A program made the translations under genes and the position numbers. Positions 35,700 through 48,929 of a stretch of DNA of 63,803 bases are shown one piece after another. The notes beneath the pieces are model-generated. The model saw nothing but the letters and a program-made list of their open reading frames with translations, had not been told where the DNA came from and ran no database searches. Every line of letters starts with the position of its first letter. The stretch's first letter is position 1. The stretch is from Macrostomum lignano (taxonomy: Eukaryota), in contig NIVC01000844.1 of assembly GCA_002269645.1 (NCBI GenBank), forward strand, positions 1 to 63,803, written 5' to 3'.

Positions 35700-36956
35700 T
35701 TATTCTATAAATCCTCTTCCAGCTTTCACAACTTTCTGATAATGCTCCCAAAAAGTCTTTATATCCATGGCAACCTCTTGATTTAAGTTTTTTTCTATGC
35801 CTTGCAGATGGCAGCACATAGATTTGCTACACTCTTGTGTTGAACTCAGTAGGCCTCCTTCTCCACACGCATCTAGAAATAGAAGTCTAAGGGGCATACA
35901 TGCGCAACCTCCAAAATTCGGTCGGCCGTGCGACTTAGTTTTAACAAAAAATGCGACGTAGTTTTTGGCTAAAAATGCGACTTACATGTAAAAAAAAACC
36001 CTAAAGCAAAATTACCGCAACTTTGGGTAAACGGCAGGAGTAACTATGACTGTCTTATTAAGCATAAATGCCTCGTCATCTACTTAGTACTACTGCTTAG
36101 GTGTTTTTTCGGGTGGGCATTTTTGCGACTTCTTTGGTTGGCCGCCAAATCGGTCGGCCGGATCGGCCGACTCGGCCGACTGTTGCGCATGTATGCTAAG
36201 GGGTTCAAATCAAGCAAAGAGAGAGGCCAGATATCCTTACCCTAGAAATTGCTAAAGTTGCCTACCAAAAATGCTTCTATTGTTCTCGCAGTATAAGCTG
36301 AAGCGCCATCTTGCTAAAACATGTAGTCATCTCCTAGATACCTCTGCTGCAACCAGGGCAAGACTTGTGTCCTCAGCAGCTCCTGGTACATTGCAGAGTA
36401 GGCACTTTTGGCCATCAGATGTGATGATGCCTAGAACCATCACCGAGGCAGGGTGCTAGCAGTGTTGAATCACTTTCAAACATTGTTTAGGATCTCAGAT
36501 ACTGGCCTAGAGATGATGCAGAAATCATTTTGCCTGTTGACAATAGCATTGATGGTGAATAGCTTCTTGTCTGAGAAGATGTGCACAAGTTGACAAAGGG
36601 ACTTCAGCTAGTTCAGCAGACCTCTGGCCCTCTTTGCACAACAGCACTTCTAGTTAGTAAACACACTATGCTGGGCAACAACAGCCCTGCTGTGCATGCC
36701 TAGGTCATCTTTGATAAGCTTCCTCATTGTGGAGTCAGCCATGCTGAAGTCATATGCCAGCTGCCAGATGCTCCTCCTGGGATTTTGACGAATCTGTTGT
36801 TTTATGGCTCAAATTGTAGCAGCAGTGCAAGTTGTGCTGGAGCGCCTATCACCATGTTAATCTTTTGTGCCCCCCAGTCTTGTTAAGGAGCTTTTTGGTT
36901 CAGTAGACTCACATTACACCAAGCCATCTTGCAATTGACGCTAGCTTCTCATCCAT
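35700..36956 (-). pseudogene. Heavily decayed Tc1/mariner (maT/DD37D-like) transposase
   Basis: Residual motifs RQNPRRS..LA, IFSDKKLFT..A..NRQND, VMVLGIITSDG, (N)P|LDF and C-terminal KAGRGFIE with many stops; interrupted by a MITE. Confidence 0.8.
35895..36195. mobile_element. hAT-type MITE with 14-bp TIR CATACATGCGCAAC and 8-bp TSD CTAAGGGG
   Basis: TSD at 35887-35894 and 36196-36203 is identical; TIRs are perfect; internal TCGGCCG and TGCGACTT subterminal repeats. Confidence 0.93.
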
Positions 36957-37421
36957 GCAAAGCTTTTTGACTGTCTCTCTGCAAATCTCCTCATTCAAAA
37001 GCAAATGGAATCAAATTATTAATTAAGTATTGATTGACAAACTTTAGGCTCTCTAATGTCACTTGTGTCTGTATTTATAGCCCATGAAAATGAAAAACAA
37101 AAAAACAAAAACGATAAATTGTAAGTGTAACATTTATATGTTTTGTACTACTAAGTTGTCTCAATATGTATGCAGCTTGAAGTTTCATGTACCTTGACCA
37201 CTTATATTGCAGGTGTCATTTATCAGTATAAGTTTCATTGCTCTGAGGACAGAGTATCTCCTACATAGATGCAACAATTGTACACTAGTGTCAAGGGGCA
37301 TTAGACAAAAAATTCAGCCATCCAAGAACACCTGCTCACATTAAATTTATGTTGAAAAAGCAACTGATTTCACTACTTCATGCTTCAAGTTCTAACTTTG
37401 ATTTATTAAATTAAAGACATC

Positions 37422-39664
37422 ATGGCCACGCCTCCGTATCCCAGCTATGTCAAGGGTGGCGAACCATCTGCTCCTCCGCCCGGCTACGGGCCGCCTCCCC
37501 CAGCTTATGGCGGTAGTGCCCCTCCGCCCGCGGCGCCTTATTATCAGCCGCAGCCCCAGCAACAGCAGCAGCATGGAAGCAAGCCGCAGCCAAAACCCAA
37601 AACCAGCCACGGATTGTTCGGCTCGCTTAGTAGCATTGGGCGCGACGTGGCTAAAGGATTCAATTCCATTGCCACTGAGGCTAGCAGCGTCTATAGTCGG
37701 AGCGTTCACGGGGATATTGTGTCACAGTTGGTGTCTGGTACGTAATGATTGATACAGCTCTGCTTTGCAACTGAAATACTTGTTTCAAACTGTATCTTAG
37801 GTATACCCTTGAAATCGCAATTGTTAAACTCAAATCTACTTTAAATTTTTTTAAATTGTGTCTTTTCACTCCCCAAAAGAATAAAAGCTAATCAATCCCT
37901 CTTAAGCAATTTAACCCATTTCTTCATTATAAATCGCCCTTCAACGCCCCTCAAGAATCGCCCTCCAACCCTCCCTCAAGAATCGCCCTCCAACCCTCCC
38001 TCAAGAATCGCCCTCCAACCCTCCCTCAAGAATCGCCCTCCAACCCTCCCTCAAGAATCGCCCTCCAACCCTCCCTCAAGAATCGCCCACCAACCCCCCT
38101 CAAGAATCGCCCTCCAACCCCCCTCAAGAATCGCCCTCCAACCCCCTCAAGAATCGCCCTCCAACCCCCCTTAAAAATCGCCCTCCAACGCCCCTCAAGA
38201 ATCGCCATTCAACCCCCCTCAAGACCCCCTCTCAAAAACCGCCATCCAACCCCCCCCCCTTCAAGAATCGCCCTCCAACCCCTCTCAAGAATCGCCCTCC
38301 AACCCCTCTCAAGAATCGCCCTCCAACCCTCCCTCAAGAATCGCCCTCCAACCCTCCCTCAAGAATCGCCCTCCAACCCTCCCTCAAGAATCGTCCTCCA
38401 ACCCTCCCTCAAGAATCGCCCTCCAACCCTCCCTCAAGAATCGCCCTCCAACCCTCCCTCAAGAATCGCCCTCCAACCCCCTACAAAGTATCGGGAACCT
38501 GGGATCTGACCACCCAAAACCCGCTCGCTCTCCAGGCACCACGATAATCCTGATTTCTCGCATGAGCGGCCGCAGCCTAGAGATCTTGCAGGGCCCCGAC
38601 GGCAGACTGATGCTTGACGCTGCTTGCCAGGACTCGCCGCATGTGTTCAATAACAAATGGCTGGTCACTAAGATGGGCAGCTGGTTTCATCTGTCCAATT
38701 ATAACAACTTCTTGGCTATTGAAGGCGGCAATCTCGTTGTGGCTATGAATGTTGTAAGTCTAATCAGTTTAATGATTCCCCTAATCAGTTTAATTATTCC
38801 CCTAATCAGTTTAATTATTCCCCTAATCAGTTTAATGATTCCCATAATCAGTTTAATGATTCCCCTAATCAGTCTAATGATTCCCCTAATCAGTCTAATG
38901 ATTCCCGCAAACAGTTTATTGATTCCCTTAATCGATTTAATGATTCCCCTAATCAGTTTAATGATTCCCCTAATCAGTCTAATGATTCCCCTAATCAGTC
39001 TAATGATTCCCCTAATCAGTTTAATTATTCCCCTAATCAGTTTAATGATTCCCCTAATCAGTCTAATGATTCCCCTAATCAATTTAATAATTCCCCTAAT
39101 CAGTTTAATGATTCCCCTAATCAGTTTGATGATTCCCCTAATCAGTTTGATTATTCCCCTAATCAGATTCCCCTAATCAGTTTAATGATTCCCCTAATCA
39201 GTTTAATGATTCCCCTAATCAGATTCCCCTAATCAGTTTAATAATTCCCCTAATCAGTTAATTGATTCCTTCAGTGTAATAATAATAGTTCTAATCAGTT
39301 TGATGATTCCCCTAATCAGTTTGATTATTCCCCTAATCAGATTCCCCTATTCAGTTTAATGATTCCCCTAATCAGTTTAATGATTCCCCTAATGAGTTTA
39401 ATGATTATTACGTGCCAGTAACAGTACATAGAAGTTAAACTAGACTACCCCGTCTGACCACCCCCCAAACAGCAGGACCACAGCCGCCCCCCGCCATCGT
39501 CGCGGTTCAAGCTGCACCAAATGGAGCACTTCCTCCTGTTGGAGAGCGCCATAACGCCGGGCCAATACGTGGCCGCCACTGAGCGAGGCGAGATTAAACC
39601 GCCTGCGGCCAGCTCTAACGATAAATTTTCTCACTTCGGCGTGCAGTTCGTTACGACGCGTTAA
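37422..39664 (+). CDS. Pro/Gln-rich N-terminus plus beta-trefoil-like (FGF/IL-1/fascin-like) domain protein, 241 aa
   Basis: Exons 37422-37737, 38536-38753, 39473-39664 (GT-AG, phases 1 and 0) give ...TTIILISRMSGRSLEI...WLVTK...LSNYNNFLAI...RFKLHQMEHFLLLESAITPGQYVAA...FGVQF. Fold call is from the motif pattern only. Confidence 0.75.
37935..38480. repeat. 25-bp intronic minisatellite CAAGAATCGCCCTCCAACCCTCCCT
   Basis: About 21 copies. Confidence 0.95.
38758..39410. repeat. 21-bp intronic minisatellite CCCCTAATCAGTTTAATGATT
   Basis: About 30 copies starting immediately after the donor. Confidence 0.95.
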
Positions 39665-40274
39665 GAAGAAATCAGAAAATATTTAAAAGAAGTTGAATTT
39701 TTTCTAAAATAACAAACAGTTGTCATAAAAAATTACGGTTACGATTCGTTTTTGGTACTAATAGTAGGGTAGTTTGAAAACAGCAAGCATAAATATGCTT
39801 TCTCTACTACTTAGAATATGGTTTATAACTTTTATTACCGATCGATTTTTTTGTAACGCAATTTTATTATTTGCATCCGATTAATGACAATTAATGACAA
39901 TTAATGTGCTATCCATGCCTTGCAATACAATATACAGACCGTAAAGCTTCTTATTAATATATTGAAGCTTACACAGTTATTCCTGTAAATTATTGAGTTT
40001 TTATTTTCAGTTGGTATTCAATTCGACAATTCTTTGGTTTAAATATTTATCCAGTTACTGAAACAGTTTTTTTATCGCTGCTGTTCGGAATCTAAGAATT
40101 ATTATTTGAATTAAGAAATCAGATAAATTTGAAGTTTTGTTGTACGGCTGGTATTTATTTTATTCTAATAATTATTCAGATTTTTTAAATCCTAAAATAC
40201 ACGCGATATTTATTCGTTTGCTTTTAAACTGTTGTCGTCATTTTCTCGAAATTAAAAACGTATCCATAAATATA

Positions 40275-40508
40275 TAGACAGTCCAATCCAGCACCCAGGC
40301 AGGCCATAGACAGTCCAATACAGCACCCAGGCCAGCCATAGACAGTCCAATGCAGCACCCAGGTCAGCCATAGACAGTCCCATGCAGCACCCAGGCCAGC
40401 CATAGACAGTCCCATGCAGCACCCAGGCCAGCCATAGACAGTCCCATGCAGCACCCAGGCCAGCCATAGACAGTCCCATGCAGCACCACGGCCTGCCATA
40501 GACAGTCT
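40275..40508. repeat. 32-bp minisatellite CAGCACCCAGGCCAGCCATAGACAGTCCCATG
   Basis: About 7 copies upstream of the first identified DGKE exon. Confidence 0.92.
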
Positions 40509-40542
40509 TAGTGCATCCGCATTCAATTTCTCTCTATTGCAG

Positions 40543-43500
40543 GCCCCCCACTGGGCGTGGCAGGCGCTATACGCTGCCGGCCTTTTATTGCTCACCTACT
40601 TATTAATCTACCTGAGAAAGCTGCGACACCGTCGCCTACCGGATCCCAGTGTGCCGGCCCCGGATGACGGCGCTGCTCCTAGCAACAACGGTCACCGGTG
40701 GCGCCGAATCGGTCACTTCGATCGGCCAGCTTATTGTGGAGTCTCCGGCGGAGCCGCTATGCTCGAAGGCGCCGTCTGTCAGCACTGCGGCCTGTGCGTT
40801 TCCGACTCGGAACTGTCCGTTGCAGTCCGCGCTGTGCCCTGCAAGCCTGTCGCTTTGATACCTTCGTCATCCTCGCCATCATCGGATGCTGACATAGAAG
40901 GCACACCGCATCATTGGGTTGAAGGCAATTTGCCAGCCTATTCAATGTGCTGCGTTTGTCGCGATGCCTGCGGCGAAGCTGGCCGACTGTGCGACCTGCG
41001 GTGCGCCTGGTGCCAGCGCTGCGTGCATCCAGACTGCGCCCAGTTGACTGCCAATGGAGCGTAAGTGAGGCCCAAGGACAACTGCTTTAAAGTACAGTAG
41101 GAAGAGAAGGAGACCTTGACCTAAATGCAACTTTGGCTAACCCTGGCCAACCCTGGCCAACTTTGGACAACGATACGGTGACAACAATCGCTAAAGAGTT
41201 GTTGCAAACAACTCACTAGTGACTCTAGCGACTCTCTGGGGCGATTTTTGTGACTTTTTTTAACGATTCAAATGCGGCGAAGAGGCGCTGACTGTTGTGT
41301 CACAAGCGCGTCCCGTGAGTTGTAGAATCGTAAAAGAGTCACTAAAGTGTCGCCCAAGATTGACTCTACACAGCGACTCTGGCACGCCTCAACTACGACT
41401 CTACAACCCCAGAGTCGTTTCAGAGTCGCAGACAATCAAAGTGACTCTTGGGCGACTCTTTGACAAATATCTGGCGAGCTTTACCAAGGCATCTTGTTTT
41501 TACTGTCGTCTAGAGTCACTTTTTTATATTTCACCTGTGTTACCTGCAACCACTCTGGGGCAACGTAAGTGACTCTGGCTCGTTTCTTGGCCCGGGTTCA
41601 ATACTGCACTAATATTATCTACTATTAGTAGTCTAAATTGGCCTTTTCAGTAATATGACATTTAAATTCGCATTTCCAGTCCTTCTACAAGAGAAAGCGG
41701 CGAAGCCAACAAAATCAACAATGCTGACGCTTCGCAGCGGCGCCAGCTTCCAAGGCTGTGCGATTTCGGCCGCTACGCCGACGCGGTGGTGCCGCCGCAC
41801 TGTGTGCAACTGTCGAAACCGACTCGCCGTCGGCAGCCCAGTCTGCTGTCGATGGTGCGGGCTCCCCGGCTGCCCGCCGTTTGGCGGCCCCTGATTGTGC
41901 TGGCCAATCGGCACAGCGGCGGGGGCGAAGGCGACCAAGTGCTGCAGCGATTCCGGGCGGTGCTGAATCCTGCTCAGGTGAGAGGCTCCGGCCAACTGGA
42001 TTGTTGCTACCTGATTTTCAGTGATTGATTGGGGGTTTAAGAATTTCCTTAAGCATCGGCCTTCAATACCGATAAAATTGCTTTAAATTAGGAATCCATC
42101 AAAATCGGCCTTTTAAATCTAAAAATGTTCGGTCTTCAATTTTAAAAGTAATCGGCCTTTGATTCTTGAAAATAATCGGCCTTCAATTCCATCAAGAATC
42201 GGCCTTCAATTCCATCAAGAATCCGCCTTCAATTCCATCAAGAATCGGCCTTCAATTCCATCAAGAATCGGCCTTCAATTCCATCAAGAATCGGCCTTCA
42301 ATTCCATCAAGAATCGGCCTTCAATTCCATCAAGAATCGGCCTTCAATTCCATCAAGAAGCGGCCTTCAATTCCATCAAAAAATAATCGGCCTTCAATTC
42401 CATCAAGAATCGGCCTTCAATTACATCAAGAATCGGCCTTCAATTCCATCAAAAAATAATCGGCCTTCAATTCCATCAAGAATCGGTCTTCAATTCCATC
42501 AAGAATCGGTCTTCAATTCCATCAAGAATCGGTCTTCAATTCCATCAAGAATCGGTCGTCAATTCCATCAAGAATCGGTCTTCAATTCCATCAAGAATCG
42601 GCCTTCAATTCCATCAAGAATCGGTCGTCAATTCCATCAAGAATCGGTCGTCAATTCCATCAAGAATCGGCCTTCAATTCCATCAAGAATCGGCCTTCAA
42701 TTCCATCAAGAATCGGCCTTCAATTCCATCAAAAAAAAATCGGCCTTCAATTCCATCAAGAATCGGTCTTCAATTCCATCAAGAATCGGCCTTCAATTCC
42801 ATCAAGAATCGGTCGTCAATTCCATCAAGAATCGGCCTTCAATTCCATCAAGAATCGGCCTTCAATTCCATCAAGAATCGGCCTTCAATTCCATCCAAAA
42901 ATAATCGGCCTTCAATTCCATCAAGAATCGGCCTTCAATTCCATCAAGAATCGGTCTTCAATTCCATCAAGAATCGGCCTTCAATTCCATCAAGAATCGG
43001 TCTTCAATTCCATCAAGAATCGGCCTTCAATTCCATCAAGAATCGGTCGTCAATTCCATCAAGAATCGGTCGTCAATTCCATCAAGAATCGGCCTTCAAT
43101 TCCATCAAGAATCGGCCTTCAATTCCATCAAGAATCGGCCTTCAATTCCATCAAAAAATAATCGGCCTTCAATTCCATCAAGAATCGGTCTTCAATTCCA
43201 TCAAGAATCGGCCTTCAATTCCATCAAGAATCGGTCGTCAATTCCATCAAGAATCGGCCTTCAATTCCATCAAGAATCGGCCTTCAATTCCATCAAGAAT
43301 CGGCCTTCAATTCCATCAAGAATCGGCCTTCAATTCCATCAAGAATCGGCCTTCAATTCCATCCAAAAATAATCGGCCTTCAATTCCATCAAGAATCGGC
43401 CTTCAATTCCATCAAGAATCGGTCTTCAATTCCATCAAGAATCGGCCTTCAATTCCATCAAGAATCGGCCTTCAATTCCATCAAGAATCGGCCTTCAATT

Positions 43501-45973
43501 CCATCAAGAATCGGTCTTCAATTCCATCAAGAATCGGCCTTCAATTCCATCAAAAAATAATCGGCCTTCAATTCCATCAAGAATCGGCCTTCAATTCCAT
43601 CAAGAATCGGTCTTCAATTCTATCAAGAATCGGCCTTCAATTCCATCAAGAATCGGTCGTCAATTCCATCAAGAATCGGCCTTCAATTCCATCAAGAATC
43701 GGCCTTCAGTTCCATCAAAAAATAATCGGCCTTCAATTCCATCAAGAATCGGCCTTCAATTCTATCAAGAATCGGCCTTCAATTACATCAAGAATCGGCC
43801 TTCAATTACATCAAGAATCGGCCTTCAATTCCATCAAGAATCGGCCTTCAATTCCATCAAAAAATAATCGGCCTTCAATTCCATCAAGAATCGGCCTTCA
43901 ATTCTATCAAGAATCGGCCTTCAATTACATCAAGAATCGGCCTTCAATTCTATCAAGAATCGGCCTTCAATTCCATCAAGAATCGGCCTTCAATTCCATC
44001 AAGAATCGGCTTTCAATTCCATCAAGAATCGGCCTTCAATTTCCAGGAATAATCGCCCTGAAGCATGTCACTCTGAAGCACAGTTCTTCATTTCACTGAA
44101 CAATGATAAACACAAATTCCACAATGTCCACAGTGAATAATCGATCTCTAAATTTACCTTCTCTCGCAGGTGCTGGACCTATCCGAAGTTCCGCCCAAAG
44201 TGGCCCTGGGCTGGTGCCGCCTCCTACCCAAAGGTGTCACAGCTCGGCTGCTTGTGTGCGGCGGCGACGGCACCGTCGGCTGGGTGCTGTCCGCCATCGA
44301 AGAGCTGGGATTGAGTCCGCCGCCTCCGTTAGCAATTTTCCCGCTGGGCACCGGCAACGATCTGTCCCGCGTGCTAGGCTGGGGACCGGGTTCGAGCGCC
44401 GACGACCTAGATAGCGTCGATGCGTTGTTAAGCAACTTGGCTAACGCTAGCGTAGATCGATTAGATCGTTGGCTTGTATCTGTGAAGCCCAGCCGATCGA
44501 TGCTGTTGTCTCGATCTAAGCGGCTTACTATGAGTAATTACTTCAGTCTAGGAGTTGACGCTCTGGTTGCCTTGAATTTCGACTCTGCCAGGCGATCGCT
44601 GCCTGCGCTAACTGGTAGTCGGATGATTAATAAGCTTTGGTGAGACATTAACTGTATCTAATTGACTAATAGGTGACTGTATGTGTCTAATGAGTGCCTG
44701 CATCTAATTGGCTAATGATTGATTGTATCCAATTGGCTAATGAGTAACTGTATCTACTTCACTAATGATTGTCCATCTAATTCACTAATGATTGTCCATC
44801 TAATTCACTAATGATTGTCCATCTAATTCACTAATGATTGTCCATCTAATTCACTAATGATTGTCCATCTAATTCACTAATGATTGTCCATCTAATTCAC
44901 TAATGATTGTCCATCTAATTCACTAATGATTGTCCATCTAATTCACTAATGATTGTCCATCTAATTCACTAATGATTGTCCATTTAATTCACTAATGATT
45001 GTCCATCTAATTCAGTAATGATTGTCTGTATCTAATTCACTAATGATTTTCCATCTAATTCACTAATGATTGTCCGTCTAATTCACTAATGATTGTCCAT
45101 TTAATTCACTAATGATTGTCTTTATCTAATTGACCAATGCGTGTACTTAATTGACTAATGAGTGTCTAAGTATAACTGACTAATGAGTGTCTGTATCTAA
45201 TTGACGTCCTAATGATTGTCTATCTAATTCACTAATGCTTGTGTTTATCTAAATGACTAATGAGTGTCTGTATCTAATTGACTAATGATTGTCTATCTAA
45301 TTCACTAATGCTTGTGTTTATCTAACTGACTAATGAGTGTCTGTATCTAATTGACTAATGATTGTCTATCTAATTCACTAATTCTTGTGTTTATCTAACT
45401 GACTAATGAGTGACTGTATCTAACTAATAGTAGTCTATTTAAATTATCCCCAGGTATTTTGGCTACGGCACCCGAGACCTATGGGAGCGCGCCTGCCGCA
45501 ATCTGCACCGCCGATTGACCGTGATTCTCGACGGCCGAACATTGAACCTGCCAGAATTGGAAGGCCTGGTCGTGCTGAACATCGCCTCCTGGGGCTCCGG
45601 CTGCAGGCCGTGGGGATCGTCGGCTTCTCCGACCGTGTCGGACGATTCCTCGTCCGCGAAGATGTCGAACCCAGCCTCCTCGGCTGCTCAGCCGGATGCT
45701 CAGCTGCATTTCCGGCCGCAATCGCACGGCGACGGCCGATTCGAATTGATGGGGCTGCATTCCAGCTTCCACATGGCCCAGCTCCAGATGGGATTAGCCC
45801 CGGCTATACGGCTGGGCCAGGGTTCGAATCTGCAGATTGTACTGCGGTCCGGCAGCGTCCCGGTGCAGGTGGACGGCGAGCCCTGGCTTCAGGGTCCGTG
45901 CACTTTTACTGTGGCTCATCGAGGCCAGGCCGCGGTGCTTCGCTGCGCCACGGATAAGAGTCAGGGCCTGTAG
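40543..45973 (+). CDS. DGKE: Diacylglycerol kinase epsilon (start codon in an unidentified upstream exon)
   Basis: Exons 40543-41060, 41680-41977, 44170-44639, 45454-45973 in phase. N-terminal hydrophobic helix, two C1 domains (HRW...C; HHWVEGNLP...C), PLIVLANRHSG, VCGGDGTVGWV, PLGTGNDL, NYFSLGVDA, NKLWYF, LEGLVVLNIASWGSG, QVDGEPW. Confidence 0.95.
42150..44040. repeat. 23-bp intronic minisatellite AAGAATCGGCCTTCAATTCCATC (about 80 copies)
   Basis: Punctuated by AAAAAATAATCGG and GGTCGTC variants. Confidence 0.97.
44690..45425. repeat. 23-bp intronic minisatellite CTAATTCACTAATGATTGTCCAT and diverged derivatives
   Basis: Homogeneous 44760-45010, degenerate on either side. Confidence 0.92.
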
Positions 45974-45984
45974 GATCGCTTGCC

Positions 45985-45995
45985 TGCTGTCTGTG

Positions 45996-46074
<79 letters not shown>

Positions 46075-46087
46075 GTCAGTCTGTCTG

Positions 46088-46119
<32 letters not shown>

Positions 46120-46262
46120 CCTGCCTGTCTGTCTGTCTGCCTGTGTGTTTGTCTGTCTGCCTGTCTGTCTGCCTGTCTGTCTGTCTGCCTGTCTGTCTGT
46201 CTGTCTGTCTGTCTGTCTGCCTGTCTGCCTGTCTGTCTATCTGTCTGTCTATATGTCTGTAT
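45985..46262. repeat. (CTGT)n microsatellite
   Basis: Immediately after the DGKE stop codon. Confidence 0.95.
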
Positions 46263-47050
46263 CCCAGAGTCCCAGTCATTTTTTCACCATTGGTCTTTCT
46301 TTTGTGTAGCAGCCCTGGGTGAGCTAAAACAGATCAAATCAGCTCCTGCATGTATACTGTATATTTATTGAACTAACTTTAGCTAATGCAGCATGCCTAC
46401 ATTAGTAGATCTTCAATTCGAAATCGATGTACAATAGGCCACCATTAAGTCTGTATATTAAGCACTGTTGGATTTCAAATCCTGCTTATTATCAATACTA
46501 ATTGCACCTTGTTGCGAACATGACAATTAGCTATCGGCAGTTCGACTGCTGAGAACTGCTTAGTTAGGGATTGCTGTTAGTTCAGGGTTTAGAATAGGAT
46601 TTAGATTAGTTAGGTCAGTTTAGAGTGAGGTTCGTAGTCCCTACATAGTTAGTACATAGTTTATGCGCTATTTTATCCTGGATTTGTCAGCTTAAAGTTT
46701 GTAATTTCTGTAAAATTTTTCTTTTTTACTACAAAATTTTTGTTTGCATCTTTAAAACTTTTTATGTATTTTGTTCTAGATTCTTTTGTTGTCCTTGATA
46801 ATTAACCGTTAACTTGTCATAACTGTTTATATGGCTGTTATTTACTCAAACCACAATTTTTCCGTTATTCAGCAATCTACTTAAAAGCTTTGTTAGCTGC
46901 GCACAGCCAGTGTTCTAGTTCACCATTCACACACAATAAATATGTTGCTTTCTAGATTTCATTTCAGTTTTGTTCTATTTTTAGACAAAGCATATCAAAG
47001 CGTTGCTTGTTATAGTTCTTTAGACATTTAACTTTAGTAAGCTGATTACT

Positions 47051-47960
47051 CTTGCTGGGCCAGCCTCCCAGATCCTCAGTTGGTGGGCCAGCCTCCCAGA
47101 TCCTCAGTTGCTGGGCCAGCCTCCCAGATCCCCGGTTTCTGTGCCAGCCTCCCAGATCCTCAGTTGCTGGGCCAGCCTCCCAGATCCTCAGTTGCTGGGC
47201 CAGCCTCCCAAATCCTCAGTTGCTGGGCCAGCCTCCCAGATCCTCAGTTGCTGGGCCAGCCTCCCAGATCCTCAGTTGCTGGGCCAGCCTCCCAGATCCT
47301 CAGTTGCTGGGCCAGCCTCCCAGATCCTCAGTTGCTGGGCTAGCCTCCCAGATCCTCAGTTGCTGGGCCAGCCTCCCAGATCCTCAGTTGCTGGGCCAGC
47401 CTCCCAGATCCTCAGTTGCTGGGCCAGCCTCCCAGATCCTCAGTTGCTGGGCCAGCCTCCCAGATCCTCAGTTGCTAGGCCAGCCTCCCAGATCCTCAGT
47501 TGCTGGGCCAGCCTCCCAGATCCTCAGTTGCTAGGCCAGCCTCCCAGATCCTCAGTTGGTGGGCCAGCCTCCCAGATCCTCAGTTGCTGGGCCAGCCTCC
47601 CAGATCCTCAGTTGCTAGGCCAGCCTCCCAGATCCTCAGTTGCTGGGCCAGCCTCCCAGATCCTCAGTTGCTAGGCCAGCCTCCCAGATCCTCAGTTGCT
47701 GGGCCAGCCTCCCAGATCCTCAGTTGCTAGGCCAGCCTCCCAGATCCTCAGTTGCTGGGTCAGCCTCCCAGATCCTCAGTTGCTAGGCCAGCCTCCCAGA
47801 TCCTCAGTTGCTAGGCCAGCCTCCCAGATCCTCAGTTGCTAGGCCAGCCTCCCAGATCCTCAGTTGCTGGGCCAGCCTCCCAGATCCTCAGTTGCTGGGC
47901 CAGCCTCCCAGATCCTCAGTTGCTGGGCCAGCCTCCCAGATCCCCAGTTGCTGGACTCCC
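47051..47960. repeat. 28-bp minisatellite GCTGGGCCAGCCTCCCAGATCCTCAGTT
   Basis: About 32 copies upstream of TMEM17. Confidence 0.97.
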
Positions 47961-48085
47961 AGATTTCAGGCAGTCACAGCTGAATATTCATTTAAATGCT
48001 TTGCATGCCTACGCTCGAACAACTGAAGCAGACAAGCAGTGATATCGCTTAGACAGCAGCATCGCCAGAAGCCCAACCAGACCAA

Positions 48086-48799
48086 ATGAACACAATGAAC
48101 AGCATGCAGCAGCAAGCCAGCCAGGCTGTGCAGCGCCTGCAAGGCACCTGGCGGTCAGCAATGGGCCGCATGACCAATCAAATGTTCCCAGTTCGCAAGC
48201 AGGATCTGGAGAAGATCCGCTTACAGACTGGCCGCACAGGGCTTGAGTACGCCACCTTCTTGCCATTGCAGATTGTGTATTATTTCAACGCATTCTTTGC
48301 TCCATTCTGGATTGTCGGCTTCCTATTGTCCATAGTTGACAAGTACAGCCAGCTGAATTACATCTATCAGCCAATATTGATCGCCCTGTTCTGCTTGTAT
48401 TGCATCCTGGAATTTATCCGGCTTTACATTGGCTATTTCGGCAATCTGTCGGAGAATATTGCCGATTTAGCCGGTAGTTGGCTTATCACGACTATTATAC
48501 AGCTGCCAGCTATCTGCTTCTTTCTATTCAACTATTTTCTGCTGGTGAATCCCTTCGAGATCGTCATGCACTCTGTGGAATTCATATTCGTACTGCTAGA
48601 AGTGATCATGGGCCTGTACACTATCAAAGTGTTTCAAACTGTTCAGGCATTGAAGTTTCACCACAAGATGGAGTATTTCAATGCTGACGGGTTGGACCAG
48701 TCTGGCGAGTCCAGGGAAGACGGCTACGTCTATTATAACAATGCCTTCGAGGGTACCGAGTTGCGAAGGAGGAACGCCGGCCAAACCACCATTGCTTGA
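48086..48799 (+). CDS. TMEM17: Ciliary transition-zone membrane protein TMEM17 (TMEM17/216 family), intronless CDS
   Basis: 237-aa ORF with four hydrophobic helices; LQIVYYFNAFF and LEFIRLYIGYFGNLSENIADLAGSWL...IQLP match the family signature. Exact start Met uncertain. Confidence 0.88.
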   Translation: MNTMNSMQQQASQAVQRLQGTWRSAMGRMTNQMFPVRKQDLEKIRLQTGRTGLEYATFLPLQIVYYFNAFFAPFWIVGFLLSIVDKYSQLNYIYQPILIALFCLYCILEFIRLYIGYFGNLSENIADLAGSWLITTIIQLPAICFFLFNYFLLVNPFEIVMHSVEFIFVLLEVIMGLYTIKVFQTVQALKFHHKMEYFNADGLDQSGESREDGYVYYNNAFEGTELRRRNAGQTTIA

Positions 48800-48929
48800 T
48801 TGACTTCTTTACTGTGCTAATTATGACTGCTTTTAATTAAAATATTGAGTTTTGTTCTATTTCGGTTTTTAATCAGAGTTATTCTGAATTCTGAAATTGT
48901 TGAACCTCCTATCTGATATCTGATATCTT

